From: Tubiluchus corallicola | Lineage: Eukaryota; Animalia; Priapulida | Assembly: GCA_030141605.1 (NCBI GenBank) | Contig: JAQGDQ010000104.1 | Coordinates: 555,610-619,609, forward strand | DNA: 64,000 nucleotides | Direction: 5' to 3' | Part shown: positions 24,713 through 38,500 of the stretch, one piece after another | Layout of the letters: each line of letters starts with the position of its first letter | Numbering within the stretch: the stretch's first letter is position 1 | Made by a program: the position numbers and the translations under genes | The notes under the pieces: generated by a model | Database searches by the model: none | What the model was told of the DNA's origin: nothing | The model's input: only the letters and a program-made list of their open reading frames with translations

Positions 24713-27700
24713 AGATACGCATGGCATTAGCAACCGAACACACTGTAATTGTTCCAGATTTATGCTGCATTAACCAAAAACAACATTGAAATTAAAACAT
24801 GGTCGAGATTATGATAATTATTATATTGTTGCAAAAAGTGTTGCTTCAACATGGCTTGAGGCATCTTGTACATAGGTGAAACTTTAAAAGCTGAACATGT
24901 GCCAAGTACTAATTTCAAGCATGTGGTTTAATTTATAGGGCAGTTGCACATTGGTTGGCTGATTGGCTGCGTGCCTTGTATATTGACGTTAAACATATTG
25001 GTCTATCGCTCCGCCCCCGCTGCAACGTAAGCACGCTCAGCAGCATTTGGGATATCAGCTCATGCAGGACAACTGTTTAAGCTAAACTAAACTAAACTAA
25101 ACTAAACAACGTGACACCCCCCTCACAACTAATATCTTATTAGCAGATAAAATGATTGCTCTTTTTCATAAACACAAATTTGCAGAGCAGCAGCTATTTT
25201 AGCACAAAATTAACACTTCAATTAGCCAAAAAATGACTTTTCAATTTAAACAGAATGTAGAGACGAAGTTTCAAAGCACTACAAAGTACAGAGACACAAA
25301 TATAGTAAAGAAACTAAGCCAGTTAGCCTTGCTTTACAATAAATGAGCAACAAAAAGATTAAGTCTCTCTTGCCTTTAAACATAGGAACATCAAACCTGC
25401 GATGTATTTTTCTATATTAATTGATCATGTGCTTGTCTGCAAGATTTACTGAGATTTTTTTGTATTTTTCCATTTGTCAGGCTACGGAAATGGAATAAAT
25501 TTGACTGTTCCATTCCATAGATGACCCTTATATTGAATGCCTGAGTCCCAATGGTATCTTTTAACCTTGATTATAACCAGAAAAATAGCATAAAATTAGC
25601 TAATATTACATTGATCTATAATATAAGTTTTGACCACATTTGAATTGATTTTGACTGTGAAGATCTCGTTGAAGTATAAAAACTGGCCTGAAAAGAAAAT
25701 ATTTTTTGTTTTGTCTTTATTTAAAGTTAATCAAATAGTTGTTTTTATCTAACTTGCAAAGCCATAAACTAAACTAAACTGCGTATTTTCTTGATTGCAA
25801 AATGGTTTAATCAGCAACTTGTAGATGTAAGCGTTGTGCATTTCTTACTATAAACGAAAGTAGACTATATATTTCCACTAATTCACTTGCAATTTCAGTT
25901 GACGATATTAAAATCTAGAACAGAAATCTGACAATATTTCTCCCGCTAACTAATGAAAAGTTGAGCATTTTTCATAACAGTGTTGGACGGAGCTGTAGCT
26001 AAATGTCCTGAGCGTACCTGCTGCAGGGGTGTGTGAAATAACTTGCACGCTGATTGAGCAGTTAACAAAAAAGATTGACATTATGTTAGATGTCAGTTGT
26101 CTAACTGTCAGTGCTCTTGCACATCAGCAAATTGACCAGTGCACTTGTACATTAACCAAGTGGACAATGCAATTGTGCATTAGTTGGCTGGAGGTGCGCT
26201 TGTATATTGACTAAGTGAAGATGCAATTGCACACATCAGGGTTCAAGTTACCTAGACATAGACATAGAAACACAATGTGTTCTTGAAGAGACAATCATGT
26301 TTTCACAAAAGAAAAAACGATTGCTGTCATTAGCTGAAAGTATAAAAATTTGGATTACGAAGTGTCAGATTAGTGAGGGATTACTATAATAAGTTTTTAG
26401 TTACATTACGAGCTTTTAGTTTGTTTTACATAATTAGTATTGATTACTTAAGAAAATTTACATACTTTTGGGTATGACACTTGCCTTTTAAACTACTAGT
26501 AACTTGTGTGTATTAGTGATTCTACGTAGTACAAAAGATTTGTGCAAAGTGTATGTACTGTTGTAAACTATTGTTCAAACACTACTTCTCTTCTTGTCTG
26601 CTGTGATAAATTTGTTGCCGTGAATTTTGCATCCCTGTTTAAAAAGATGGTATTTATAGATTTGTTAGTTTTATATATATAAAAAAAGTTATACCTGTTT
26701 GATGTAGCAAGATCTGAAGATTACTTTGTTTTTTGTTTACTATTATTTTGCTTTCATGGAAAATGATCCCATGCATTCTTGAAACGTATTTCAACTTGAA
26801 GTATTTTGTCATAAATGTGTAAAAGCAAGTCTTTTAACTGAGCAACTAAAACTTCAATTTAAAAACAGTCCCAGCCGCACCTGAAAATAATACAGAAGCG
26901 GTAAAATTAATGCTCAAATTGCTCAATTGGTATTGACCAATTCAATTTTGATTTTTAAATGTTTTATTTAAATTTTAAGCAACTTCATTGTTGGTTATGT
27001 GGTAACTGTATAAAGTAGTTATGTCTTTTTGTGCTTTTAATTGCACTCCTTTTGGGTTTTTATGATTTATTCAGAAAGACCTTCAAAATTTTGTTGACCA
27101 TGTACTTATGTTACATAGAAACAACATTGTGGTGTTTTGCTACCTATATTATCAATTAAATAGGTAATGATTTTATAATATTATTTTGTGATATTGCTGA
27201 ACTATTTGCTCAGTTCTGTTATTTCAGTCATTAAGCTTTTACATATTTTTGCAATTTGATTAACCTGTGTGTGAGCTTGGCAAACAAATCAATTGTTAGA
27301 TAATTAAACCAAATAGAGCTAATGTAAATTTTGTTTTTTTGCCTTTTGAATTTTAATAATGATCTCATTGTGATTTTCTGCAAAGTGATAATGAAATGTT
27401 TAACTTTTGTAATATTTTTTACTTATACACATTATCTCGTTTATGGACTATGGATGTCATATTTCATTATAAAGTTTTGCTGGCTATGTTAAATGCAGTT
27501 CGTGGTGATTACCAAGTGATGCTGACAGCAAAAAATGTCTTTAAACAGCTACAGCCCTAATGCTGCAATAATCAAGCTAGGTACAGCTAGTGTCCAAGGA
27601 CTGGCAATTAAACCCATAATAGCTAAGAGCAAAATTTAATGCTACCTGAGTGAGAGCAAGGGTGATTTATTACTGTAATTTGTCCTAGCCCTAAGCTTAA

Positions 27701-28089
27701 TGAGTACACCCCTGTACGTATCCATTATATCCTGTTAATCACGTTAGACACCTTTAGTTCAAACTGTTACTAGTACCTTAGAAGACCACTGAAACGGAAC
27801 AGGGTACAGCCAAATGGACAAAGAATTTACTGCATTAGTATACCGTGCATGCAAGTCAGGTGTAGAAAATTTTTATTATTATTTCTTTTTCCAACTATGG
27901 TGTAAGTTTGGAGATAACTCAGTTTGCAGAATATTTTCCAAAAAGTAGGTGCGTTAGTCTGAGGACTTAACACAGTATAGTACAAAGTATATACATACAG
28001 TATAGTACAAATACAACATAGTACAAATGCTTTATTTTAGTGTTTAGTGAACACAGTAAAAACTGCAATAAAACAATAAAAAGCGTAAA

Positions 28090-28934
28090 ATGGATAAGCT
28101 CTTCAGTCTTCTGGTGCTGACTGCATATTATGTAGTGTGGTCGAATGTCATTTCTGCACACCTTACATCGCCTGGCCAACCAAATCCATCAGAGCAAAAC
28201 ATGCAAGATTTGCTGACCAGAACAGCCAAAAAAATCCACACCTTGGAAAGAGAACTGACACAAATAAGCCATGCTGTAGATAAACTGCTTCAGAAAGTGG
28301 AGTTGATTGAGCGGAATACTGCTTGCGGCTGTGGATTTGAGAAAATAGAAGACGGTTGTTACAAGGTGTTTAGTGGAGATGCTAAGCAATCCTGGGAAAA
28401 AGCAAAGACCACATGTAATGCACTTGGTGCCAGACTGGTTTCCGTAGAAACAGCCGAGAAACTGGCGGCAATGTATCAAAGGCTCATTGTGCATGGATAT
28501 GCGTGTAAGTTTCCTGTTAGAGGCATTTTGTGGTTTTTTTTTACCTTAGTTTGGTTTAGAAAAGGTACATCCTACAGATGGCAGAAACTTTGTAGCATTT
28601 GCATTATAAAGGGGTACAAATATCAACTTTATCTATTATTTAAACAAAAAATGTCACAGTTTGCTGGACTGATAAGCTCTTAATACCCTAACGAGTAATT
28701 ATTTTTTCCCTTTCAGTTTGGTGGACAGGAGGTAACGACATAGAAGAGGAAGGTTCGTGGGTTTGGGATGGTCTGAAGACTCCATTTAATTATACACAAT
28801 GGGCTGGAGGGCAACCAAATGATGTAAACAATCAAGACTGCTTGCGGATTAGCCCCCATAGCAGTTACCCGAGGACATTGATATGGTGGGACGATCCGTG
28901 TGATCAACTTGCTAACTTCGTTTGTGAAATGTAA
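28090..28934 (+). CDS. Secreted C-type lectin (perlucin-like; signal peptide, coiled coil, CTLD; 210 aa)
   Basis: Exons 28090-28504 and 28717-28934 (phase 1 GT-AG). CYKVF...SWEKAKTTC...GARLVSVET|FWWTGGNDIEEEGSWVW...WAGGQPNDVNNQDC...WWDDPCDQLANFVCEM*. Confidence 0.93.
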
Positions 28935-29580
28935 TACATAAAGTAATGACAGTCCAATTCAACCTTGTTACATTATGTTTGTGTCAGTATAGATGACAGT
29001 ACTTGTAGTCGAACATCACAAACATTGTGGCATGACTGACAAATTGGTACAACTGTGCACGTACAACGATGTTATCATACAGAAATACTTGTGCTTTTAT
29101 CTAGTTTATACCAAGCACAAACTGGAGACTTAAGGACCTTTCTGCACAGTGATGAGTATGGGTTTGATTTTGCAAAGGCATTAATAAATTTAGCGCATAA
29201 TTTTGGTACAATGATATTATTGATTGTTTTTTATTATCCAAAATATGTAATTATTACCACAGATATTAAAATTTAAAATCATTACATGGAAAGCAGGAGT
29301 GATAATAAAGTAGCTAAGAAAGTTGGTATTGAGAATACCGCGACAAGTTTTGAAAAAAAGTCTTGCCATCTTGCAAATTGTGCTAATTTTATTAATTGCC
29401 AACGGCAATTAATAGTTATACACTTACTATAATAGCTTTCTAAGCAATTTTTAATAATGAACAAAGAATTCCACACGTTAGAACTATGGCCACGGAGGTA
29501 GGAACATTGGGGCAGGCAAAAGAAAACAGTGTTTTATTTTGTGTACTGGCGCTAGGTGGGGCAGTTGTACTATCAACAAA

Positions 29581-32500
29581 ATGGCTAAATCAATGTTAAA
29601 AGGAATATTTAGCAACAAGAAACCTCCGCCGACACCGCCAAAACCAGATTATAGAGGAGATAGAACCAGTGAGACTAGCGCGGACGATTATGCTAACGAT
29701 GACTTTGTTACAGAAGCTACAGTTTGTCATCCAGTCTCATGTTTTGATCTCAGTCAGCTGAAATCTAAGCAAAAACCACCTGTGGCGTCTAAGCCCGTTT
29801 CTGTCGAAACGATGGGTGGTGCAAGCGGCAACACGGCAGCTATTCTCAATTTCAAAGCTGTTACAGCCGAACTGAACAGGAAGGGAATAGGTAGAAGTGG
29901 TGGTCTGAAGAAACGCGCCCTTGATAAATCTACTTCCGGGACTAGCCTGACTGGTAGTACAGTTAGCGTGGCAACCGGAAGTGTAGATCATAGCAGTGCT
30001 TATCACACTCCATGCGCAAGTAGCCGAGACCTTTCTGTTCTTTCAAGTTCCCGGGACGACGTCACGGGATTGCCCGATACGTCAGACTTTATTGGGGAAC
30101 TTCTTGAAGTTTGCGATCAGTTAAAGCGAGGAAAAATGGTTCTTCCAGGTGTGAAGGAAGGTGTATCTTCCACGTCTTTAGCAGACAGTAAACTTAACGA
30201 GGTGAAAATGAAATTACCTAATGTATCATATTGACTTTTCATTTGTTTAAGGAGGGAAAACTAATTCATGCATTAATGTACAACTGCAATGTATTTCAAG
30301 AATAATTTATTTGCTCATGAAAAAGAAAAACTTCAGTAATTTTTTTGAGTTATCACCAGCTGATAATGGAGTATTCTCATGCCTTTCAAAACTCGACAAC
30401 TCTTTGAATAAAGTTGTGATTCAATTTAATGTGAATGTGACAAAAATAACTACGTTTTTCAAGCATAATATATTCAGCTTTGCAAAATAGATGATACTAT
30501 GACTTTTCAAAGTTTAATTTTTAAGAAACATACTGTTTTAAACAAATGCAGTGATTTTACATTAAATAACACATAGGCTAGCCACACTGTAAACATATCA
30601 GCAGATGAATTGAAATGCTCATAATCATAATCATATACTGCACCTGCATAGCTATTTAAATAAAAACTAGCTGTATTTTCCACCCAGGCAGACGTGTAGG
30701 GTCTTGCACAAGATTTTAAATGATTTAAACATCCATGTAAGACACACTCAGAAATTGCCACAATGAATCACAGCTGTGGTGTAGAAAAGCAATTTGCGGG
30801 ACAGTTTTATGCAGGAATTTATTGCATACTGCCTTAATCCTAAAAAACACAAAGTTTAAACATTATAACTCACCTCTTTTGTGATAAAATAATTGTTTAA
30901 CAGTGGGATTCATTAAGAAACTTTCGCCAGTTTCAAAAGAAAGTGCTCTTTTAATTGTTACGTCGTATCTGTACCTTATAGTTTCATTTTTATTTTGCAC
31001 ATACATTGAAACACTTTACATCTTGGCTGTAACGAGAAATAAAGACCATTTTTACAGTGGAAATTTTAAGTGAATTTCATTGTCACTTTGTCCAGTCAGA
31101 AAGCCATCGGTCCAGTTGTTTGGGTTAGGTAATTTCTGCTTTTCTGCCCATCCAGAGCTTATAGGACATTAAAATGTAATTAACACCAGAGTCAACTAAT
31201 TAATGTATCACGCTACCCCCTGTGGATTGAGAATGAAGATGGTAATTTTATATAGTTTCAGAGTCTGAGTCTTGAAAGTAGCATTGCATGTCAAGATGTT
31301 GAAAGCAATGCAGTATGTCAAGATGTTGAGAGGAACAATATACAACAGGGTAGTCAAGAAAATCTAGTCATTTCCCCAGATGATGAAACCAGCAGTGCAT
31401 ACGATGATGTGATGTACACAGAACCATTTGAACTGCAGGCTGTGATACTTGAGCAGAAACGAGGCAAGTATCTCATACATTGCTGTTATAACATGATTAG
31501 GTGCTTTTCTTAAAACTCATATGCTGTTTTTAAACAAAAGAATTTGAAAAAGTCTGTCTTATATACACTCATATTTCGGTTTGCCAGACAAAAGCGGAGA
31601 TAAGTCGGCCCGAATTTGGCGATTGTCAGTGTTTACCGACTGAGCTAATATAGTAGGCGCTATGTATTAGATTCATTGTAATGTAGAATCAATTGCCTAA
31701 TTGTTTCAAAAACGTCTAGTATGGGCCGCTTCCATGCAAAAGTTTATAAAAACTGTAGGCAATTGATGCAAATAACTCTACATAATTGACTGTAAACCAC
31801 TTAAATACACTGCTTAAACTGCTAAACACACTGACATTCAAGGTACACACACGTCGTTACATATTGTTTGGACGTGAACAAAGTGACAGCCTGCCATCTA
31901 GCGGTCAGTTTGCGAAACAACAGACTGTGTCTGTAGTATGTAGGACATTTTAACGGACTAGATTTTGTCTGAATTTTCCGATATCCGTAAAAACGAGGTC
32001 CGGCAAACTGAGATGTGAGTGTAGTTACAATTCTAACATTACATACTAAGATAATAAATTTACATAAAATTATAAAATGTATAAAGTGGGTCCAAAATAC
32101 ATCAAGAAAGTAAAACTATTAAAACCAATGAGTGTATTCCTTTATTTATCACATAACATTACTCTGTTAACCACCATTTTAGTTACCCACCACAAGCAGT
32201 TATTGTCAAAGTTAGTTTGTGAAGGAGAACATTTTCTGTTGTACTGTTGTTTTCAAGAGTTTGCATTAGAGAAAGAACATTATTCAGGAGGAAGTAAGGT
32301 GTGCTCATCACCAACAAGTTAGTACAACGGACAATTAAATTTTCAAAAGATAGTCAGAGTATCTATGTAAAAGTTCTCTAAACTTAGAATTTGTGTTCAT
32401 AAATTGTACATATGCTTCATATAAGCTGCAACTGAATTATGTGATAGTAATGGTATTTAAATTTTACGCTCATGCCTCTGATATGAAAATATAGTTCGTA

Positions 32501-35500
32501 GATTGCTAAAAAACAAAAACTTTTACGCTCATGCCCCTGATATGAAAATATAGTTCATAGATTGCTAAAAAAACAAAAACTTTTACGCTCATGCCCCTGA
32601 TATGAAAATATAGTTCATAGATTGCTAAAAAACTAAAACTTTTACGCTCATGCCCTTGATATGAAAATATAGTTCATAGATTGCTAAAAAAACAAAAACT
32701 TTTACGCTCATGCCCCTGATATGAAAATATAGTTCATAGATTGCTAAAAAACTAAAACTTTTTGTCTTGTTTACTTGTAATTTACTTCCAGTTGTTTAAA
32801 ATGATCCTAAATTAATGTTTCTTAACCAGAGAAACTGTCATGTTCTGTACTGATGGTATCATGTATGATGGAGTGTTTCTTTTTTTGTAATATTGCTGCT
32901 GTGTGTTTAGTTGGTGTAATGAATTCAACAAATTCATGTGTATAAATATACCCTGTAGCAGGAAATCTATAATCTCAAAATTTTTCACGGTTGCTCAGTG
33001 TTATACATATCATATACAGTGTTTGCCCTGGTTTTGTGGCGTATACCTGGCCTGTGATTCTAAAGGCTTGTTGATTTTTAGCCTAAATACAAAGTAGAAG
33101 TGCGTTAACAGGTTTACTTGTTCAGTATTAAGGCTTAGAAATTTTTGCAGTATGAAGCTCCTTACAACCAGGATACACGTAATTAATCAACCCCTGTGAG
33201 AGGAAGTACAGTGACGGTATTTCCTTGAACTTTGTGTAATCAATCAACATTTTACAGTGTAACCGTATTAGGTATTGAGTATCTTCATTCATAGTACCAC
33301 ACACGTGGCTGGTGTTATAATTAGTTTAAATTAGGTAACCCCTATCCTAGTTGTCAATGGAGACTTTTGTTTAATATCGGCCTCTAGCTCAGCAAACTTT
33401 AAATTGTAATTTAACTAGCATGATCTGTGGTTGGATAAAGATCAGAGTGATGTAAAGTTTTTTTTCTTGTGGTTTGTCACTGCTGATAGGAAATTGTTCT
33501 GTTCCTATTTTTAGCATCAAGCATAAGAAGTTCTACTATTGAGTCCCCGGTAGAAGAGAGGTACCACAAGTACGACACGCCTTACGATTCGGAAAGTTCG
33601 GGTATGTGAATTATTCAGCTAGAATGCTATATTTTGCATTAGTATATCAGTCTTGAATTTTCATATCTTTATCTCTCTTGTGTGAACCAGCTTTAGATGT
33701 TACCCTTACGAAATACAAAATTTGCTCGGTCTCCTTAATGAGTAAGGGTTAGCATTCTCTACCTGAAATTGAGTTTGAATAGAATCAAATTTGTGACTTT
33801 CAAACTAGAATCAAACCAAATGTTGAGATTATGAACCACCTCTGTAAGTGAGGTTTTTGGAATCACACTGAAATAGCATTTACCGTGTTTCTTGGATAAT
33901 AATGACCTTATTGCTGATATTGAGCCTGGCTTTTTGCTAGATTTTCTTGTACTAATGTTAACTAAAAGGGTGGCTGATTTTCTAACCTCTAGGGTTTTTT
34001 CGCCACTCTTTCTCTAACTATTAGTGACTTATTTTCTATGTACTTGATTTTTTCATGTTTACAATCTTGAGATAAATAAATTTATCTGGCTGTGAATCTG
34101 GCTTAAGATTTTTTCATAACACTGCTTATGTGCCTTTGTTAGTTAAATTTTAGAGTTTGTTAAAGAAATTTAAAAAAATCGAGTTGATGAGGTTGTTAAT
34201 GTGATGACTTGGAAGTCACAGGTTTTGCACGAATTATGAATATATATATTCATCTAGCATCAAATTGATTATCCATTTATTACCAACTCCTCTCCCTAAA
34301 TGAAGGTTTATTCCTGGTTGCTCCCATAAACCTGTCAATCAAATGATTTTAGGTCGAATTGCTTCGTTTCACATATAATTTAATGGCCAAATGTTTATGT
34401 TAAATGAGGAAATTGTACAAATATGTCAGTAGAACAAATATTTATTAGGAGTACAAGATATTAATGCTTTTTACTAAACATTGACACAAAAATGCCTTTA
34501 CTATTTTATTATATTCTTTCGTTTGAATTTTCAGCCCCAATTCCTCCATCTGAAGACACCAGACCTCCCGAAGAGTATGACGAGCCCTGGGAATGGGTGA
34601 AAAGACGCACAATCGCAGCATCGGAGGCTGACGCTAAAACTTCCAGTCTCCGGGAATCTTGCGCATTGTCTCCTGAATCTCCGAGCAAGAGCAGCGCCAT
34701 CTCGTCCAAGTCTTTTGAACTATTTACTCTGTCAAGTGACGCTAAAGTAGATAGAGATAGCGATTCGCATTGCTCGCTTCTAGACGAGATTAATAAAGCA
34801 TTACCTAGCGATTCTCCTCAAACAGAGGTTCCCGCATCAGGTTTTGAAGGTGCATTTGATGACAACGCTGTTTCTGTTGCCTCTCCTGATATTGTCAAAG
34901 AAGAGGAGACGTTCGATCACTTCTCCGAAAGTAAGCGGGTCGAATCATTTGAACAGTTGAGTATTACACCAGAGCAAGAGTCAAAGTCAGCTTTGACGGA
35001 ATCGAATTCCGAGTGTGACTTGGACAACACTGAACCACAGGAGGCAGTGCATTTAGAACTTGAGTCCTCGGTACAAGGCTTGGAAGACTCGGTAGACTTG
35101 ACGGACAGTCCTGTTTATAAGGACAAGTCGTTATTGGATAAAACTGAGTCGCAGGCCGTGCAATCAAACCTCGAGGAAGAGATTTTGGGGGATCAAGCAG
35201 TACAGGTTCAGCAAACAACACACATGGAGGTAACCAAGCCTGTAGAGACTGCTGCACCCAAGGTGGCGATCACGAAGCCGCCTCTCAAAAAGAAGCCTCC
35301 CGTGAAACCTCCTCGCAAAGACAAACTCGCACAACTGAGATCTCAAACCAGCGAGACTGCTGAACAGGGTAAAGCGGAACCGGTTAACGGGAGCCCTGTT
35401 CCTGTCTCTAGTGAGGAGCGGAAGGGCTCTACTACATCCTCTCAAACAGAAGTTAAGTGTTCCCCAAGAGGGAGTCCCGTTTTTGAGAGCACATCTCGCG

Positions 35501-38500
35501 ATACGCTGTCGCTGTCTCTAGATGCGCAAAGTCAAGATTCGTTATCGGTGAGGTCCGGAAGTAGCGGGCGGTCTCCTGTTATTTCCCCAGTACATATGAC
35601 GTCTCCTGCTCACGATATCAGGCCTTTAGATGACTATGATGCCCCGTGGGAGTGGGTGGCGAAGAACAAAGCTCGACAATCTATTAAAGGTATGCTTCTG
35701 TTTTGCTTTTAGGTTTTTTCTTACTGTAATAAATCTTACATAAAGATGATCTTTATAAATGTTATTCATTTGTTTTGCTCAGCCTCCATTCTCAGGAAGG
35801 AATACTTAACGTGATTGATATTACATAATTAGTTCCTCATCTTTGTACTAGAATTAAAATGCCCCTGTGGAGAGTGTGCTGAACTGAACGGGGAATTCTC
35901 TTTGTCCCTGAATATGATTGGACTCGTCAAAAGAGTGGACTAGTTAATACAGCGGTCACAATAGCGTAGCAGTTTAATTTAAATGATTTGTGTTGTTCTT
36001 GTTTCTGAAATAAAGAGTGATCTTAATGTCTTAGTGAACGGTTCACAAAATGCAATCTTTGACAAATAAATTAAATCGAAATAAATTCATTATAAGTAAT
36101 TAAAGTTTGATAATCTCTTTTCAGAATGTTGGTCAGTAATAGGTTTTTTCTTTACTTTTTCGAATGTCTTCTATTTGTTTGAAATGCCTCAGGTTAAATT
36201 TTTGCTGGCTAAGCTATCGTTCAAATTAAGAATTGTAATTTTTGTTCACATTATTAGAGTGTAAAACTACTGAAATAAGCTGTGTTTAGCATATGATATA
36301 CCAAAACTTTTTGTGTCTGATGTCTGAGCGACCAAAGCGTCCAGCGACAGAGATGGTATATACTGTCAGTGGGTGACGAAATGAAAAATTTTGGCAGCGG
36401 ACTCTGGAAGCCAGATCCTGGAAGTTCTTATTGTTTGATCATCTGGCGTCAAATGTTTTTTCATCAATCCGCCATTGATGCCTGGGCCTGCAAATTATTA
36501 TTCGAATAAATAATGTAAAAAAAATGCACGCACTGAAAAAAAACTATTTTTTATTTCGTTTTTTGTCTTTCTGAAAAGAAATAGAGATTGAAGTTGTTAA
36601 CTGGAAGGGAACGAAAAGGAAATGTTTAACTATACTTAAGTTATATTACTTAGCATTACGATTACCTGCTTGGAAGACTTATAAACTAGAAAAGAAAATT
36701 CTTAATAATTGAAAATGTTCCCGCCAACTGGTAAAATGTCGTTAACTCACTTTCCCAGTGTGAACCACCCATTCGTCAAAATACCTGTTTTTAATATCAT
36801 TGACAAGATTCAGTGCTTTAAATTTTTGCTTAGTTAGTGTTAACTACGAAAGCTCTGATTATTTTTTCAAACTTTACACAATATTGTTTACACTTGTTTC
36901 AAATGACCTACTGTCTTTCTTCATGCTACTTCTACTAACACACCCTTCTGTTCGTGTTTGATCTAACCTTCCTGCCTGTTCTTTTTAAGTTCACATGTCA
37001 GTTCCTTTTTTTATCTGGTTCAAATGTCAGTGGGCGTATACAAGCTTTTGCTTTTCTAGCTTGCTGCAGTACAACGATAGTGTATGTGACATAATTTTAC
37101 CGTAAGATGCAACAATATTGATAGTTTGTCGCCGTATATTGAATGTCACTATTATACTGAATGTATTCATAATAAAGCTTCAAACTTCAGACTTACTGTC
37201 AAAGCGAATTTACAAGTTCACAAATTTATAAGCTTTATTACAAGTTTTATACAGCATTACTGCTAATGCAAGCCTTGCCTGCAATAAGATAGCATGTAAG
37301 TGATACAAAATTTCAAGACAAATTTTTTTTATGCTTTATGTATGTGAAGGATGCTTTATTGTTCTATAATTACTCAATGAATGCTACCCGCAAGGCGGTG
37401 GAAGCCAGACGCTTTATGCTTTGTTTTTTTACTTTCTGACTGGCTTGTTTTGCAAAGTGATTTAAATGTTTTTACTTGTAGACATGGCTGCAAATCTGTC
37501 GAAGAGACCAAAGAGCAAAAGTGCCAGCTCCTATGGCTCGCCGCCTACAAATCGCAAATGCTCCGCAATTAGTCTAGGTAGCAACAGGGCCACATCCCCT
37601 CAGGGCGCGCCATCTTTTGCGGTCCCGCCCGGAGCAATTTCTACTAGCATGACTTCTTCGGGCTTCAGCGTGATGTCGGCAACTCCGCACCAAGATCTGA
37701 GGCCTTTAGAGGATTACGACTCGCCGTGGGAGTACAATGCGCGCAAGTCCAGCCATGCAATGAGAGGTATTTGGAACTGTTGTGTTTATTCTAAGGTCAA
37801 AATTAGTCAAAATAACTCCGCTCATTTTCATTTCTTGCTGCAAAAATGCAGCACAGTTTTTTCAGTCTTGCTTTGGTCCACGTAATATAACGAAACTAAT
37901 CAGTCTTTGTTTTATTTTATTGTGTGACTCAAAAATTGACATAAATAAGAAAATTATATTTCCATGTAGTTATTTCACTATGTTAGTACAGTAAGTTCTC
38001 ACTTAGCAACTGCCCGGTTAGCGACGTTTCGTTTTAATGACGCTGATCATTTGACACCTTTTTTCTCACTTAACGAACGCATGTTTTATTTTAACGACAA
38101 TTTTTTGCTTTGTTCAAGCCCATTTCTATTTTATCAACAACATTTTTACCTAATCTGAAGTATTAAAACGGTATGTTTTCTTCTAAAAATGCATTAGTAA
38201 TCTAAACGGTACAAATAGAAGAAAAGAAATAAATCAATAAAAGTATGAATGAAACTCAGAAAACGTTTAATTCATATGATTTAGACAGCATTGATTTTTG
38301 CCTCTGTAACATATCTCAGTTCTTTTACATTACCTTCTATGAAAGTCTTGGTTTCGTTTAACGACGTTTTGCTTAACTTCGCGTTTTGCTGGAACGCATT
38401 AGTGTCGTAACCAAGGACTTGACTTACTGTAGTATGAAAATCATACCAGAGTTTTTTCAGTACATATCCGCAAACTTTTATTTTACTTTCGTCCATTAAC

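Noticed and set aside
32462-32762. 60-bp repeat array as a possible CRISPR
   Set aside because: Units are head-to-tail with no unique spacers, the context is a eukaryotic intron, and there are no cas genes.
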